Source of the DNA: a virus
Taxonomy: Duplodnaviria; Caudoviricetes
Reading direction: 5' to 3' (one strand)
Virus record (IMG/VR): IMGVR_UViG_3300005544_000020
Coordinates: 172,091 to 236,090 of that record
Length of the DNA stretch: 64,000 nucleotides
The notes below the pieces were generated by a model, which did not search any database, was not told the DNA's origin, and was given only the letters and a program-made list of their open reading frames with translations. Below are positions 16,970 through 26,162 of the stretch, one piece after another (positions within the stretch are counted from its first letter, which is position 1; every line of letters begins with the position of its first letter). The translations under genes were made by a program, and so were the position numbers.

Positions 16970-18777
16970 GCAAGTACCGGGCTCGCAAGGATCGTCCAGG
17001 CCGACAGCTTCACATGCTGCTTCCACTCGTTGGTACCGTACTCGATCATCTCCGAGGTATGGAGGCGGCTGAGATCGTTCAGGAACGTCCCGCTGACGGT
17101 CTTCTGCAGCTTCTCCGCGAGCTCCTCTCGACCGATCCACTTCGGGAATACCGTCCGGCAGGCCTTGAGGATCGCCTGCTGCGGCCCGGTGACGGCGCTC
17201 AGGACCTGACTGAAGACGCCGTCCGGCGTCACCTGCCACTGAACCTTGGGAGCGTTTCTCAGCCCATCGTTCGTGAGGATGACGGCCTTCTCATTCGAGG
17301 GCGTCGTGTAGTACTCGACCAGATGCAACGTCTTCAGCCGCGAGAGGTCGTTCAGGAAGCTGCCCGTCACCTTCTTCCCCAGCCATCCGGCAAGCTGTGG
17401 CCGCGAGACATGATCAATGTCGATCGCGTTGAACTCTCGGAGAGCCCGCAGCATTGCGATCTGAGGTCTGGAAAGAGGCTCTCCATCAGATTGAAGTTCC
17501 CCTTCCGGCTGATCATCATCAGAAGCGTCCGGCGCCGGCATCCGTGCGATCCGTCCTTCATCCGCGATCACGGGGGTGCGGCGGGCATTTTCCTGAGCTT
17601 CGACTGCATCATTCAAATCCTTGCTCAGCTTCCCGCACCAGTTGTCGATCTCTGCCTTCATCTCGAGAAGCTTGTCGAACCTGCCGGCAGCCCGTTCGAT
17701 GTTCCAGACGACCTGGTGGACCGCCTTGATGGTCTTCGCGTCGACGGCGGGGATCTCTACGACCTTTTCTACCGCCTTCTCGACGGTCACGGTCACCGTC
17801 TTCTCGGTCAGCTTCCGCTCCGCGACGGTCAGGCGGCCCTTCAGATTCGCGATCTCCTGCCGGAGCTCCTCCTCGGTCCGAGCCTTGTTCTCGGCATGAA
17901 CCGGGATATCGGCAAGTTGAGGAAGCAGGTGCTTGATGGACTCCGGCGTCGGCGGGATCATCGCCGCGGCCGGCGTCCCGGGCTCCGGATGGGTCGTCAA
18001 GACCGGTCCTACGTGCAGCAGCTTTCGGTCGGTGGCGACAGCCTGGCCGAAGGCCCAGAAATGGCCGGGCTTCATTTGCTTGAGACCAAGTTCGAACTCC
18101 GCGCGGTCGGCCCGGCGCACGGACATGAGATCCACGGCCCGGTCGACGTCCAGGTCCTCGATCGTCCGGCCGATGAACCGGTTGAGGAGCTCGGCGCTCG
18201 CGTTCTTCGACAGTTTCCCCAGGCGCTGAGTGGCGTAGACGGCACAGAAGCCGCGCTTCCGGCCGTCCGTAGCCAGGTCGATCATCGAGCTGTAGGCTTC
18301 GCTTTCGCCCATGCCGCGCTCGGGGCAGAGACGATGAGCTTCGTCCACCATGACCACGACGGGGTGCCAGAGCGTCTTCGGCGCGTTCATCAGCGCATCG
18401 AGGAAGTTCTTGGCCCAGGTATGGCGATCAGGCTCCTTCAGATCGTACAGATCGAAGATGGCGGAGGCCCCATTCTCGAGGAGCGTATAGCACAGCATCT
18501 CGGCCGTCCGCGGATCGGTGGGTGTTTCGCCATTCTTGCCGGCCTGGACGTATCCGAAGCGTTCGCGGAGGGTCCCGAATTCGCCTTCGCGGTCGATGAT
18601 GAAGGTCTGGACCTTGTCGAAGAGCTGTTCCGCTAGGCGCCGGAGGGTTCGGCTCTTGCCGCCGCCGGAGGAAGCTTGAACGAGGCAGCGGGTAGTGAGG
18701 AAGGTCTTGAGGTCGATTTCGACGGGAGCGCTATCGGTCCCGTTCCCGATGATGATATTTCCAAGAGCCTTGCCCAA
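16966..18777 (-). CDS. HerA/DUF87-like P-loop ATPase with coiled coil and C-terminal winged-helix-like repeats
   Basis: ASSGGGKS (Walker A), VMVDEAH (Walker B), GRKRG, ATQR; two GxFLNDLSRL repeats at the C-terminus. Confidence 0.85.
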   Translation of the reverse strand: MGKALGNIIIGNGTDSAPVEIDLKTFLTTRCLVQASSGGGKSRTLRRLAEQLFDKVQTFIIDREGEFGTLRERFGYVQAGKNGETPTDPRTAEMLCYTLLENGASAIFDLYDLKEPDRHTWAKNFLDALMNAPKTLWHPVVVMVDEAHRLCPERGMGESEAYSSMIDLATDGRKRGFCAVYATQRLGKLSKNASAELLNRFIGRTIEDLDVDRAVDLMSVRRADRAEFELGLKQMKPGHFWAFGQAVATDRKLLHVGPVLTTHPEPGTPAAAMIPPTPESIKHLLPQLADIPVHAENKARTEEELRQEIANLKGRLTVAERKLTEKTVTVTVEKAVEKVVEIPAVDAKTIKAVHQVVWNIERAAGRFDKLLEMKAEIDNWCGKLSKDLNDAVEAQENARRTPVIADEGRIARMPAPDASDDDQPEGELQSDGEPLSRPQIAMLRALREFNAIDIDHVSRPQLAGWLGKKVTGSFLNDLSRLKTLHLVEYYTTPSNEKAVILTNDGLRNAPKVQWQVTPDGVFSQVLSAVTGPQQAILKACRTVFPKWIGREELAEKLQKTVSGTFLNDLSRLHTSEMIEYGTNEWKQHVKLSAWTILASPVLA

Positions 18778-18795
18778 TAATCCTCCTCAACTAAC

Positions 18796-19239
18796 TCAGC
18801 CGGTCACGAGACTGTCCATGGACCAGAAGTTTCTCAGGCCATAGCAGGTATAGCGGGCCGTCGCACGCCGCTGCTTCCCGGAGATTTCCGCGATCTGGAA
18901 TACATAGCCGAAACCATGCTTGGGGAAGTTCTCCCGATCTGGACCGTCTACTCGTACTAGACCGAGACCGCATTCCTGTGCCCAGGTTTGGGCATCCTTC
19001 CTGAGAGTATCAAGATCAACCGGAGGGATTTCTTCAGGAACCCGATGAATGATGGTATCCACAACGGCTGCAGCGGCAGCAATCACCGGTTTCTCCTTCC
19101 TCTTCCTGGGTTTCCTGGGCTTCTTATCCGGCGCGATGCAATTTTGACAGCGAAGCTGTGAAGAATCAACAGCATCCCGAATGAGCGTCCCCTTCTCGAC
19201 TTCCAGTCCGCATCCTTCGCATTTTTCGACTTCAGCCAC
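18796..19239 (-). CDS. hypothetical Zn-ribbon protein
   Basis: CEGC and CQNC; basic linker. Confidence 0.65.
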   Translation of the reverse strand: MAEVEKCEGCGLEVEKGTLIRDAVDSSQLRCQNCIAPDKKPRKPRKRKEKPVIAAAAAVVDTIIHRVPEEIPPVDLDTLRKDAQTWAQECGLGLVRVDGPDRENFPKHGFGYVFQIAEISGKQRRATARYTCYGLRNFWSMDSLVTG

Positions 19240-19241
19240 GG

Positions 19242-19547
19242 CTATCCTTCGATCACATAGAGCATCGGAGGGCCTTGGAGTCCCAGCTTCAAACTGGCGG
19301 CGAGCTCCTTGAGAGCCTGCTGCTCCTGGGCATCCGGGATCTGGATGCCGGCGTATTCCTGGCCGTTTCGGATATCAACCGTTCCCAGATGTCGTCCGAC
19401 GAAGGAGGTCTTGCCGTTCATCGTCATCGTGAGCGTGATGCCGGCATTCAGGGCATCCTCGCCCTTCTCCATCATCATGCTGTTCCGGATCTCGTCGGAG
19501 ACCTGCCAGCCGTGAACCAGGTACAGATTCTTCGGGATCGGCATCAT
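19242..19547 (-). CDS. hypothetical protein
   Basis: ATG at 19547 overlaps the TGA of the upstream read-through gene. Confidence 0.65.
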   Translation of the reverse strand: MMPIPKNLYLVHGWQVSDEIRNSMMMEKGEDALNAGITLTMTMNGKTSFVGRHLGTVDIRNGQEYAGIQIPDAQEQQALKELAASLKLGLQGPPMLYVIEG

Positions 19548-19819
19548 AGGCACACGTATTCCTGATCTGGATCTCCACCTGGCCGGCGACGGCCTGATTT
19601 AGGTTCGCGCATCCAGCCCTTAGGCTCTTTTTCCTTCGTAGGATCCCACCGATAGAGTTCGCGCACGGCGACCTCAGGATCGTCGTATCACCAGCCTTGG
19701 TCGTAGGTCATGAGATCGCCCGGCCCCAGGCAGAGCCGCGCCCGGCCGAACGTCAGGGGCACGACCGCGAGAGCCCGACCATCAGGCAGCATCCGTACCG
19801 CCAGGAATTCGTCGCTCAT
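19544..19819 (-). CDS. 91-codon phage-type protein with in-frame TGA at 19688-19690 (selenocysteine candidate or nonsense pseudogene)
   Basis: MSDEFLAVRMLPDGR...YDQGW*YDDPEVAVRELYRWDPTKEKEPKGWMREPKSGRRRPGGDPDQEYVCL; ATGA coupling at both outer ends. Confidence 0.7.
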
Positions 19820-20118
19820 AGAAGCTGTCCCTGGGCTACTTCGAAGTGCTTTGGCCTGCTCCAGCAGCCGCATTCGGAACCATGGCTCTGCAGGCAGGCC
19901 TCGAACTCCTTCTTCTGGACTGAATCCTGGGCCTTCTTCGCCACCTCGAGGTATTCGGCGCTCGGGCTCTTGTCGACTTCCTGCCCGTTCCGGTAATGGC
20001 GCCAGATGAGCCTTCGAAGATCTGCAGGTACCATCGTCCAGTGCTTGTAGCACATGAAAAGGTCCGGCCTTACCGGAATACCGCAGTATCGGGCATGACA
20101 GAAGTGTGGAGTATCCAT
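19816..20118 (-). CDS. hypothetical Zn-binding phage protein
   Basis: HFCHARYC..FMCYKHW motif. Confidence 0.75.
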   Translation of the reverse strand: MDTPHFCHARYCGIPVRPDLFMCYKHWTMVPADLRRLIWRHYRNGQEVDKSPSAEYLEVAKKAQDSVQKKEFEACLQSHGSECGCWSRPKHFEVAQGQLL

Positions 20119-20124
20119 TATTGG

Positions 20125-20379
20125 TTAAACGAAGTCGTCCTCATCGATTGCCTCGTCCTCGGTGTCATCCGACCCCTTGTCTTCCTCTTCATGCTCTCCA
20201 AAATGTTTATCGTAGAGTTCCGCGAGCCTCGTCTTGTCCCTGGGCTTGAGCTTGCTGCCGGCCCGCAGCGCCTTCAGCACCCTTTCCAGGAGATCCGCAT
20301 TGTCGCTCGACAAGGTCTTCTCCATCTCATCGAGTTCCTCCGCCTTCTCCAGGTCGCTTTTCCCCTTCTCTTCCGTCAT
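20125..20379 (-). CDS. acidic hypothetical protein
   Basis: ORF track; GGAGAGG RBS. Confidence 0.7.
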   Translation of the reverse strand: MTEEKGKSDLEKAEELDEMEKTLSSDNADLLERVLKALRAGSKLKPRDKTRLAELYDKHFGEHEEEDKGSDDTEDEAIDEDDFV

Positions 20380-20399
20380 GATCCTCTCCCCTCAACCCG

Positions 20400-20831
20400 T
20401 CACTTCCACTTCCCGAACCCCTTTTCGAGTCGAGCCCTCAGATTGCTCGGGATCCAGGCAAACATTCCCGTCTGGACGAAGCTCACACCCTCATGAGCCT
20501 GCGGGATCGGCCCGACCACCTTCTCCAGCTCCTTGATCGCGAGATCGACGCCCTTTAGGCCCGACATCACGTCGGCCATGATGTACGCCGCCTTCTGGAG
20601 ATCGTTCATCCGTTTCCAGAGCGAAGGAACATGCTTGCGCAACACCGACAGGCTCTTGGAGAACCGGACCTCTCCAAATTCCTTGAGTTGGCGGACGTCC
20701 AGGCCCAGATCGACCACGTCCTCACGCCGGAAGAACTCGTGGTCGACTGTGTACGACAGCCGATACAGCCGTTCGACTTCTTCCTTGCTCGGGTGCTTCG
20801 TCCCCGGCCAGGCTTCCTTGATCTCATTCAT
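20400..20831 (-). CDS. hypothetical protein
   Basis: ORF track. Confidence 0.7.
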   Translation of the reverse strand: MNEIKEAWPGTKHPSKEEVERLYRLSYTVDHEFFRREDVVDLGLDVRQLKEFGEVRFSKSLSVLRKHVPSLWKRMNDLQKAAYIMADVMSGLKGVDLAIKELEKVVGPIPQAHEGVSFVQTGMFAWIPSNLRARLEKGFGKWK

Positions 20832-21649
20832 GATGGAAGTTTACCTAGAGAAGCGAAAGAAGTACCAACCTGTTTTAGCTGGATGGCGTCGGCCTTCAGT
20901 CTGGAGGCCTTGAATTCGATGTCGGCGGCCAGACGCTCGATCTCGCTGATATCCCTGGAATCCTTGAAGTTCGCCACCATCTTGACCGCCTCACCCATGC
21001 GCTCGCCATTCCACATGGTGATCTTGATGCCGCTCGCTTCCTCGAAGGCCTCGACCTCCCGCTTCAGGCTCTGATGTTCGCGGGTTGAGATCTCGAAGTC
21101 TTCCTTGAAACGTCGTTCCGCTTCCTTCTCGGCCTGGGCCTTGGCCTTCTTGACGAATTCGTCCTTGTTGATCGCCTCGACGGCCCTTTGCCGTTCGCGC
21201 TCGGCCATTTCGTTCGCCCGGCGCAGCATGGCACCCATGAACGTCCGATCGGGCATCATCGCCTTCAGCTTCTTCGGACGTTTTACGACTTCCAGGTTAT
21301 CCCCGGTGTGCACGTAGAGTCCCCAGCCAGCCGGCACTTCTTCCGGCTTGGCGACCGCTTCATTTCCGATCACGAGCCACCAATAGTCGCAGTACTTGGC
21401 GACATGCTCGGCCTTGGCTGGATCCTTCAACTCCTTGAGCCAGTCCTGGCGGTTCAGCTTGAACTCGAATCCTTGAATATCGAGACCGCGGCTCGGAAAG
21501 AGCCCCATCGCAATCGCATCCGCGTATCCGTTCATGGTCTTGCCCATGCCGCTCGCTACTTCGAAGAGGAGAGCATACTGCGGAAGCGGATACTGCTTGC
21601 GAAGAGCCCTGCTCAGAGTAGACCCAGACTCGTGATCGATTCGCGCCAT
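20828..21649 (-). CDS. PD-(D/E)XK nuclease-fold protein (MmcB-like) with coiled-coil tail
   Basis: EV..YADAIAM..GFEFKLNRQDWLKEL..YCDYWWLV..GWGL. Confidence 0.6.
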   Translation of the reverse strand: MARIDHESGSTLSRALRKQYPLPQYALLFEVASGMGKTMNGYADAIAMGLFPSRGLDIQGFEFKLNRQDWLKELKDPAKAEHVAKYCDYWWLVIGNEAVAKPEEVPAGWGLYVHTGDNLEVVKRPKKLKAMMPDRTFMGAMLRRANEMAERERQRAVEAINKDEFVKKAKAQAEKEAERRFKEDFEISTREHQSLKREVEAFEEASGIKITMWNGERMGEAVKMVANFKDSRDISEIERLAADIEFKASRLKADAIQLKQVGTSFASLGKLPS

Positions 21650-21664
21650 GCCCTCTCCCTGGAC

Positions 21665-22027
21665 TTAGATGGCCGCCCCGATGACGACCGCTTCGCCCGC
21701 GCGACGCATGATGGCGAGGGCCTCATCCCGATCCTCGGCCTTGTCGTACGAGATGCTTTCCGCCACGACCTGGTGATTCGCCGCCCGGAGCCGGAAGCCG
21801 AACTTGCCGTCCGTCGGAGTCGTCTTCTCGTAGCGCTGCTCGATGTTGGCGTTTTCCTTCACGTTCCGGATGCCCTCGTAGGCCGTCTCCTTGATCGTGG
21901 TGCCCTTGGAGATCACGATCTCCTTTCCGTCGGCGCCCACGTACTTCCAGTGGATCAGGCTGTTGGGACCGAGGTACATCTCGAACTTGGGTGCGCCCTT
22001 CTTGGCGGTAGTCTGGGGGGTCGACAT
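21665..22027 (-). CDS. YegP/DUF1508 family protein (tandem repeat)
   Basis: FEMY..WKYVGADGKEI ... FGFRLRAANHQVVAESISY. Confidence 0.75.
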   Translation of the reverse strand: MSTPQTTAKKGAPKFEMYLGPNSLIHWKYVGADGKEIVISKGTTIKETAYEGIRNVKENANIEQRYEKTTPTDGKFGFRLRAANHQVVAESISYDKAEDRDEALAIMRRAGEAVVIGAAI

Positions 22028-22046
22028 GCAGCTTCTCCTTGAAAAA

Positions 22047-23168
22047 TCAGATCGTAACAGGAACCTGCTTCTTGTTGTTGGCTTTGATCTGGTAGAGCTC
22101 TGCGAGCGAAACAGGCTCCAAGGTCTCCGACCCGGCCGGAGAAATGTCCGGAAGGCCGTTTCGAGTAAGCCAATCCTGAGCCTCTTCCGTGGTGAACTTC
22201 TGGAATTCCAGACGGGAAATGCAGCGTCCGGGCCTGATGACGGCCGGATCGATTTCCTCGATTTTCTCGTTGAAGGTCGGAAGGAAGATGTCCTCGCGGC
22301 CCTGCCCGATCAAGCCGTCCGTGATGTTGAGCAGCTTGCCGAACTTATCCCAATGACGCTTCCGGCTTTCCACCGAAAGGAGATCCGCAGAATCCTCGAT
22401 GATGAATAGAAGTCGCTTCTTCTTGCTCTGGCTGGAATCATCGTCGTCGTCGTCCGACTGAGCTCCTGGCACGGAGTTCATGTTGGGCGCGCTGGCGATC
22501 TCATAGTAATACGAAGGATTGGCCAGCATCTTTTCGGGATCGGTCACGATCACGAAATTGAAGCGATCACGCCAAGCCATGAGGAGAGCCCGGATGGCGA
22601 AGGTCTTCCCCGTCCCCGGCTCGCCGTGCCAGATCATGAGCCGGCCGTGGTTCCACGGCTTCTTCATGTCAATAAGGCGATCGAGCTCGCCAAGGCAGGA
22701 TGACGCATAGTTCTGGCGTATCTCCGCCCAGGTCGGGCAGCGGAGGAACTGGGTGTTCCGCTCGACCCCTCCCATGCCCCCGGCATATGAGAAGTTCACC
22801 CAGACGCCGTTCTCTTCTTTGTTCTCGAACTTGAACTTCTGGAAGGGCTCGATGATCTTCTCAGCCATCACCTCGGCGCCATGATCGCCGGAGTAGACAT
22901 GCACATCGATCCGGCCGGGCATGAAAGTGGCCGACATGACCATCTTCTTGGCCTTGAAGTAGATCGTGGAATCGAGGACCACGATTGGCTTCCAGCCTTT
23001 GATCAGAGGCAGCAGCTTGTCGGCCGTGAGGTTCGGATCAATCATGAGGCTCTTCTGGGCGCTCGATTGCATGACGAAATCCGACGGGAGTGCCTTCAGA
23101 ACCGCATGGCTCTTCAACATATCCGCCATGGAATGCGAATAGTTGGTAGAGACGATCGCATGATTCAT
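22047..23168 (-). CDS. AAA+ ATPase (DUF5925-like N-terminus)
   Basis: PTWAEIRQNY, GEPGTGKT, LFIIEDSAD, IDPAVIRPGRC. Confidence 0.85.
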   Translation of the reverse strand: MNHAIVSTNYSHSMADMLKSHAVLKALPSDFVMQSSAQKSLMIDPNLTADKLLPLIKGWKPIVVLDSTIYFKAKKMVMSATFMPGRIDVHVYSGDHGAEVMAEKIIEPFQKFKFENKEENGVWVNFSYAGGMGGVERNTQFLRCPTWAEIRQNYASSCLGELDRLIDMKKPWNHGRLMIWHGEPGTGKTFAIRALLMAWRDRFNFVIVTDPEKMLANPSYYYEIASAPNMNSVPGAQSDDDDDDSSQSKKKRLLFIIEDSADLLSVESRKRHWDKFGKLLNITDGLIGQGREDIFLPTFNEKIEEIDPAVIRPGRCISRLEFQKFTTEEAQDWLTRNGLPDISPAGSETLEPVSLAELYQIKANNKKQVPVTI

Positions 23169-23198
23169 TTAAAGTTTCTCTTTGTACTAGTCGGGGTC

Positions 23199-23226
23199 AG
23201 TATATACGAGGTTTACGAGTTGTCAA
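23199..23226 (-). promoter_or_regulatory. sigma70-type promoter, class B (GTAAAC in spacer)
   Basis: TTGACA-N16-TATACT. Confidence 0.75.
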
Positions 23227-23420
23227 GACACTGGTTTACGCTTCATTTGCTTTCGGGCTTTCCGGGCCGTCTCGGAATCGCAGGGCTTGCAGCCTGCATT
23301 CGCATGGATCACCCGGAAGACCGCCACGATCTGCTCGCCCTTCTTTTCGTCGGTGCTCTTTACCTTCCCTTTGAGGGCGCCGCCACACGCGCAATAGGCT
23401 TTGAATTTCATGGAGCTCAT
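23223..23420 (-). CDS. small Cys-rich hypothetical protein
   Basis: ORF track. Confidence 0.6.
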   Translation of the reverse strand: MSSMKFKAYCACGGALKGKVKSTDEKKGEQIVAVFRVIHANAGCKPCDSETARKARKQMKRKPVS

Positions 23421-23426
23421 TTCTTT

Positions 23427-23642
23427 CTACTCGGTTGCGATTTTGACGTTGGCGACGAAAAGGTTACAGGTGGCGCAGGTCAGCATCATGTTGTCGCCTT
23501 CATAGGCCCGCGTCGTCTTCATCCCGGCCTCGGGGTGACACTTCTGCGCCAGATGAATATCCAGCGAAAGGTTTTCCAGCCCTTTGGCTCTCACAGCTTC
23601 ACGAGCCATCGCGTCGAGATCCGCGACGATCAGCGGTTTCAT
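23427..23642 (-). CDS. small Zn-ribbon-like hypothetical protein
   Basis: CH..C..C; ends in TAG in frame with the next gene. Confidence 0.65.
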   Translation of the reverse strand: MKPLIVADLDAMAREAVRAKGLENLSLDIHLAQKCHPEAGMKTTRAYEGDNMMLTCATCNLFVANVKIATE

Positions 23643-23643
23643 A

Positions 23644-23799
23644 TCAGTTCTCCCTACTTGCCTTTTCCTTCTGGAGGTATTCGATCAGCTTATTGTTCTC
23701 GGCAATGACCCTGTTGTTTTCCTCGATCATCATCTTATTGTGGAGAACGAGCCGCTCGTTCCTATCGATGATCATCTTGATGAGTTCGAACTTGGTCAT
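23644..23799 (-). CDS. small coiled-coil hypothetical protein (51 aa), missed by the ORF track
   Basis: AGGAG RBS; MTKFELIKMIIDRNERL... Confidence 0.6.
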   Translation of the reverse strand: MTKFELIKMIIDRNERLVLHNKMMIEENNRVIAENNKLIEYLQKEKASREN

Positions 23800-23805
23800 A
23801 GACTC

Positions 23806-24117
23806 CTACTTGGGCGTCTCCGCCGGCTTCACCTGTTCATAGAACTCGAACATCCGCTTCGACTCGGCCTCGGTCAGACAGTGGCAGGAGAAGAAGATCG
23901 GGCGGCCGTTCACGCTCCGCGGCGCCGCCTTGTCGTAGTACTCGTAGATAAAGTTGATCTTGTCCTCTTCCATCTTCTTCATGGCTTCCGGCTCCATGAG
24001 TGCAATGACCAGGAACGAAGACCTCAGTTCGTACAGATCCTTGCAGTGCCGATCCGTGAAGATCCGGCCGTCCAGCAAGTCCTGGGCGACCTGTTTCAGC
24101 TCTTCGTCGGTCTTCAT
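23806..24117 (-). CDS. hypothetical protein
   Basis: TGATG-coupled start MKTDEEL; ends in TAG. Confidence 0.7.
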   Translation of the reverse strand: MKTDEELKQVAQDLLDGRIFTDRHCKDLYELRSSFLVIALMEPEAMKKMEEDKINFIYEYYDKAAPRSVNGRPIFFSCHCLTEAESKRMFEFYEQVKPAETPK

Positions 24118-24572
24118 CAGTCGATTTCCCCTTTGAAGTCCGCGACGTCGATTGCTCCGGGCACCATCGCCATGGTGCCGCCCTTCACCACATCGACGTA
24201 GGTCTTGTTGATTCGCGGAGACCAGGTCCGGACGAAGAGATAGCCGTCCTTCTCCTGGGCCCAGACCGGCACGTTCAGCTTGTCCCAGTCCGGCTTGGTG
24301 CCCTTTCCCCACAGCCGGATATAGGGTTCCTTGGTGAACTTTTCCCTGGCATCGCCCACCTTGTCGAAGCCCTTCGGCAGGCCCAGGCAGAAGCTGCCAG
24401 TGCCCATCTTCATCGTGCCGGCGACGTGGCCCAGGCAGGTGAATCCGTATTCCGCATGGAGCCTGAAGGCTCCGCACTTGATGTCCATTCCGGCGACGCA
24501 GCCTGGACACTGGAATTCCTCGATCATCTCCTTCTGTTCCTTGGTCGGGGCGGATCCTACTTGGGTTCTCAT
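24117..24572 (-). CDS. hypothetical Cys-containing phage protein
   Basis: ORF track. Confidence 0.75.
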   Translation of the reverse strand: MRTQVGSAPTKEQKEMIEEFQCPGCVAGMDIKCGAFRLHAEYGFTCLGHVAGTMKMGTGSFCLGLPKGFDKVGDAREKFTKEPYIRLWGKGTKPDWDKLNVPVWAQEKDGYLFVRTWSPRINKTYVDVVKGGTMAMVPGAIDVADFKGEID

Positions 24573-24588
24573 GAAGCTCTCTCCTTCT

Positions 24589-24912
24589 TTATTTCGTCTT
24601 GCCTCTCGCGATGGGGCTGTGAATATTCACAGCGGCGCGCATCGTACGGCGCTTCCCTTCGCGTTCGAAAAGACAGCCGTAGATAATCGCTCCCGGCAAG
24701 GTCTTGGACCCGACTACGAAAGTGCCTCCCACATGGAAGTTCACGAGGAGCGGACGCCCGTCCGAAAGTCCGTCCATGAGGGTCATCCACCACTGGTGGA
24801 AGAAATCGTATTTCGGGCTCTCGCGATGGGTCTTCAAGACTCGGCGGGGACGAATACTTCCGAGCGAATCGAGCCATACCCAAGCGTCCGAAATGGATAG
24901 GTTTTCACTCAT
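24589..24912 (-). CDS. hypothetical protein
   Basis: GTGA overlap. Confidence 0.55.
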   Translation of the reverse strand: MSENLSISDAWVWLDSLGSIRPRRVLKTHRESPKYDFFHQWWMTLMDGLSDGRPLLVNFHVGGTFVVGSKTLPGAIIYGCLFEREGKRRTMRAAVNIHSPIARGKTK

Positions 24913-25070
24913 GGCTTGCCGCCTCCAAACGTCGCGAAGTAAGGCTCTCCCGTGTCTCCAGAGTCATAACAGGGTTTGCAGACTTTTCCGTGCTGGGTGT
25001 CCACGACCAACTCCCCCACAAGCTGTAGAGGAATGCCGCACTCGACGCACTTTTGATCTTCGATACTCAT
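24909..25070 (-). CDS. small Zn-ribbon protein
   Basis: CVEC..CKPC; ATGA overlap. Confidence 0.6.
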   Translation of the reverse strand: MSIEDQKCVECGIPLQLVGELVVDTQHGKVCKPCYDSGDTGEPYFATFGGGKP

Positions 25071-25354
25071 GACTTTGCCTTCGACCCGTACTTCCGCCGA
25101 AGCCACGTCGGAAGATGGCTGTAGAGCGCAGCGGCATACTCCCGCTGGCCGCGGCTCCAGCATTTGCTGTCGCCGTCATCTCCCTCGAAGGGGAACTTCA
25201 GCATCTCGAGGATATCGGCCTCCACGTCGGAGTTCCCGAAGGGCCTCTTGCAGTCCACTCCGATGGCGCCGTACTCGCAGTTGTCGCGCTGGAGATTGTC
25301 GAAAAAGGCCTTCTCCAGGATCTCCATGTGCGCCGGTTCCAAGATCAGTCCCAT
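25067..25354 (-). CDS. hypothetical phage protein
   Basis: CEYGAIGVDCKRPFGNSDV..DILE motif. Confidence 0.7.
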   Translation of the reverse strand: MGLILEPAHMEILEKAFFDNLQRDNCEYGAIGVDCKRPFGNSDVEADILEMLKFPFEGDDGDSKCWSRGQREYAAALYSHLPTWLRRKYGSKAKS

Positions 25355-25361
25355 AAGACCC

Positions 25362-26159
25362 TCACCTACGATCATGCTCCTGCTTGTTCATTTGCTTGTC
25401 CCACCATGGGCGTAGAACAGGTTCAGAAGCCGAAAGCACTTTCTCGATGTCTTTCGCCAGCGAATCCAGGTTGCGGGGAAGATGCCGATGGAGAACGAGA
25501 GACAGCAGGCTGTGGAGATCGTTCATGATGCTTAGCTGCTTCTCGCCCTGCTCGCGGAGCACATCTTCCACGGATTTGTAGCAGATCTTCCCCTTGTGGA
25601 TAGGCACGTCGGCCTTTTCCCGGACCCGGGCGATCACCGCATTCTCGATGTTGATCGGACCGTAGGGATGCTTCGAAGCCATCCGGATCGCGCAGATCAC
25701 GAGATCCGCCAGGTAGTTTGCCGTCCGCTGGGCCGGAAAAGACTCGCCGCCATGATCGGCTTCTTCAACCATCGAAACCAGCTTTCCGGTGGCCTTCATG
25801 ACATGCTTGAGCGCATGGTCGAAATCCCGATAGGGCAGCTTCCCGGCTTTGAACTCCTCGCTGTAGGATTCCAAGGTCCAGGTCTGCTGAAGTTCTTCCT
25901 GCAGTTCCGAAAGAGTCACCTGATTGACGTCTCCGGGTACCGGCAGAATGACAGCATCTCCCTCGGGATGAGTTTCTCTGTTCAGCAGCCGCAGCGTTTC
26001 AGCCGCTTTCTCTTTGGATTGGAAATATTGAGGGGGGCAGTTCCAAGGCGACGGCTCCAGAGTAGGATCTTCCTTAGAAGCTGCCTGCCATTCTCCCTTG
26101 GCATTCAGCGTATAGCAGAAGCCCACCTCCGGCGGATTGATCGTGATGATGTAGCGCAT
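25362..26159 (-). CDS. hypothetical protein, central region possibly MazG-like all-alpha NTP pyrophosphatase fold
   Basis: HALKHVMKATGKLVSMVEEADH...LADLVICA helical pattern. Confidence 0.45.
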   Translation of the reverse strand: MRYIITINPPEVGFCYTLNAKGEWQAASKEDPTLEPSPWNCPPQYFQSKEKAAETLRLLNRETHPEGDAVILPVPGDVNQVTLSELQEELQQTWTLESYSEEFKAGKLPYRDFDHALKHVMKATGKLVSMVEEADHGGESFPAQRTANYLADLVICAIRMASKHPYGPINIENAVIARVREKADVPIHKGKICYKSVEDVLREQGEKQLSIMNDLHSLLSLVLHRHLPRNLDSLAKDIEKVLSASEPVLRPWWDKQMNKQEHDRR

Positions 26160-26162
26160 GTA

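Noticed and set aside
16966-18777. Genome-packaging ATPase of a tailless virus
   Set aside because: At 603 aa with coiled coil and wHTH-like tail, in the early region, it is unlike the compact A32/P9-type ATPases found next to capsid genes
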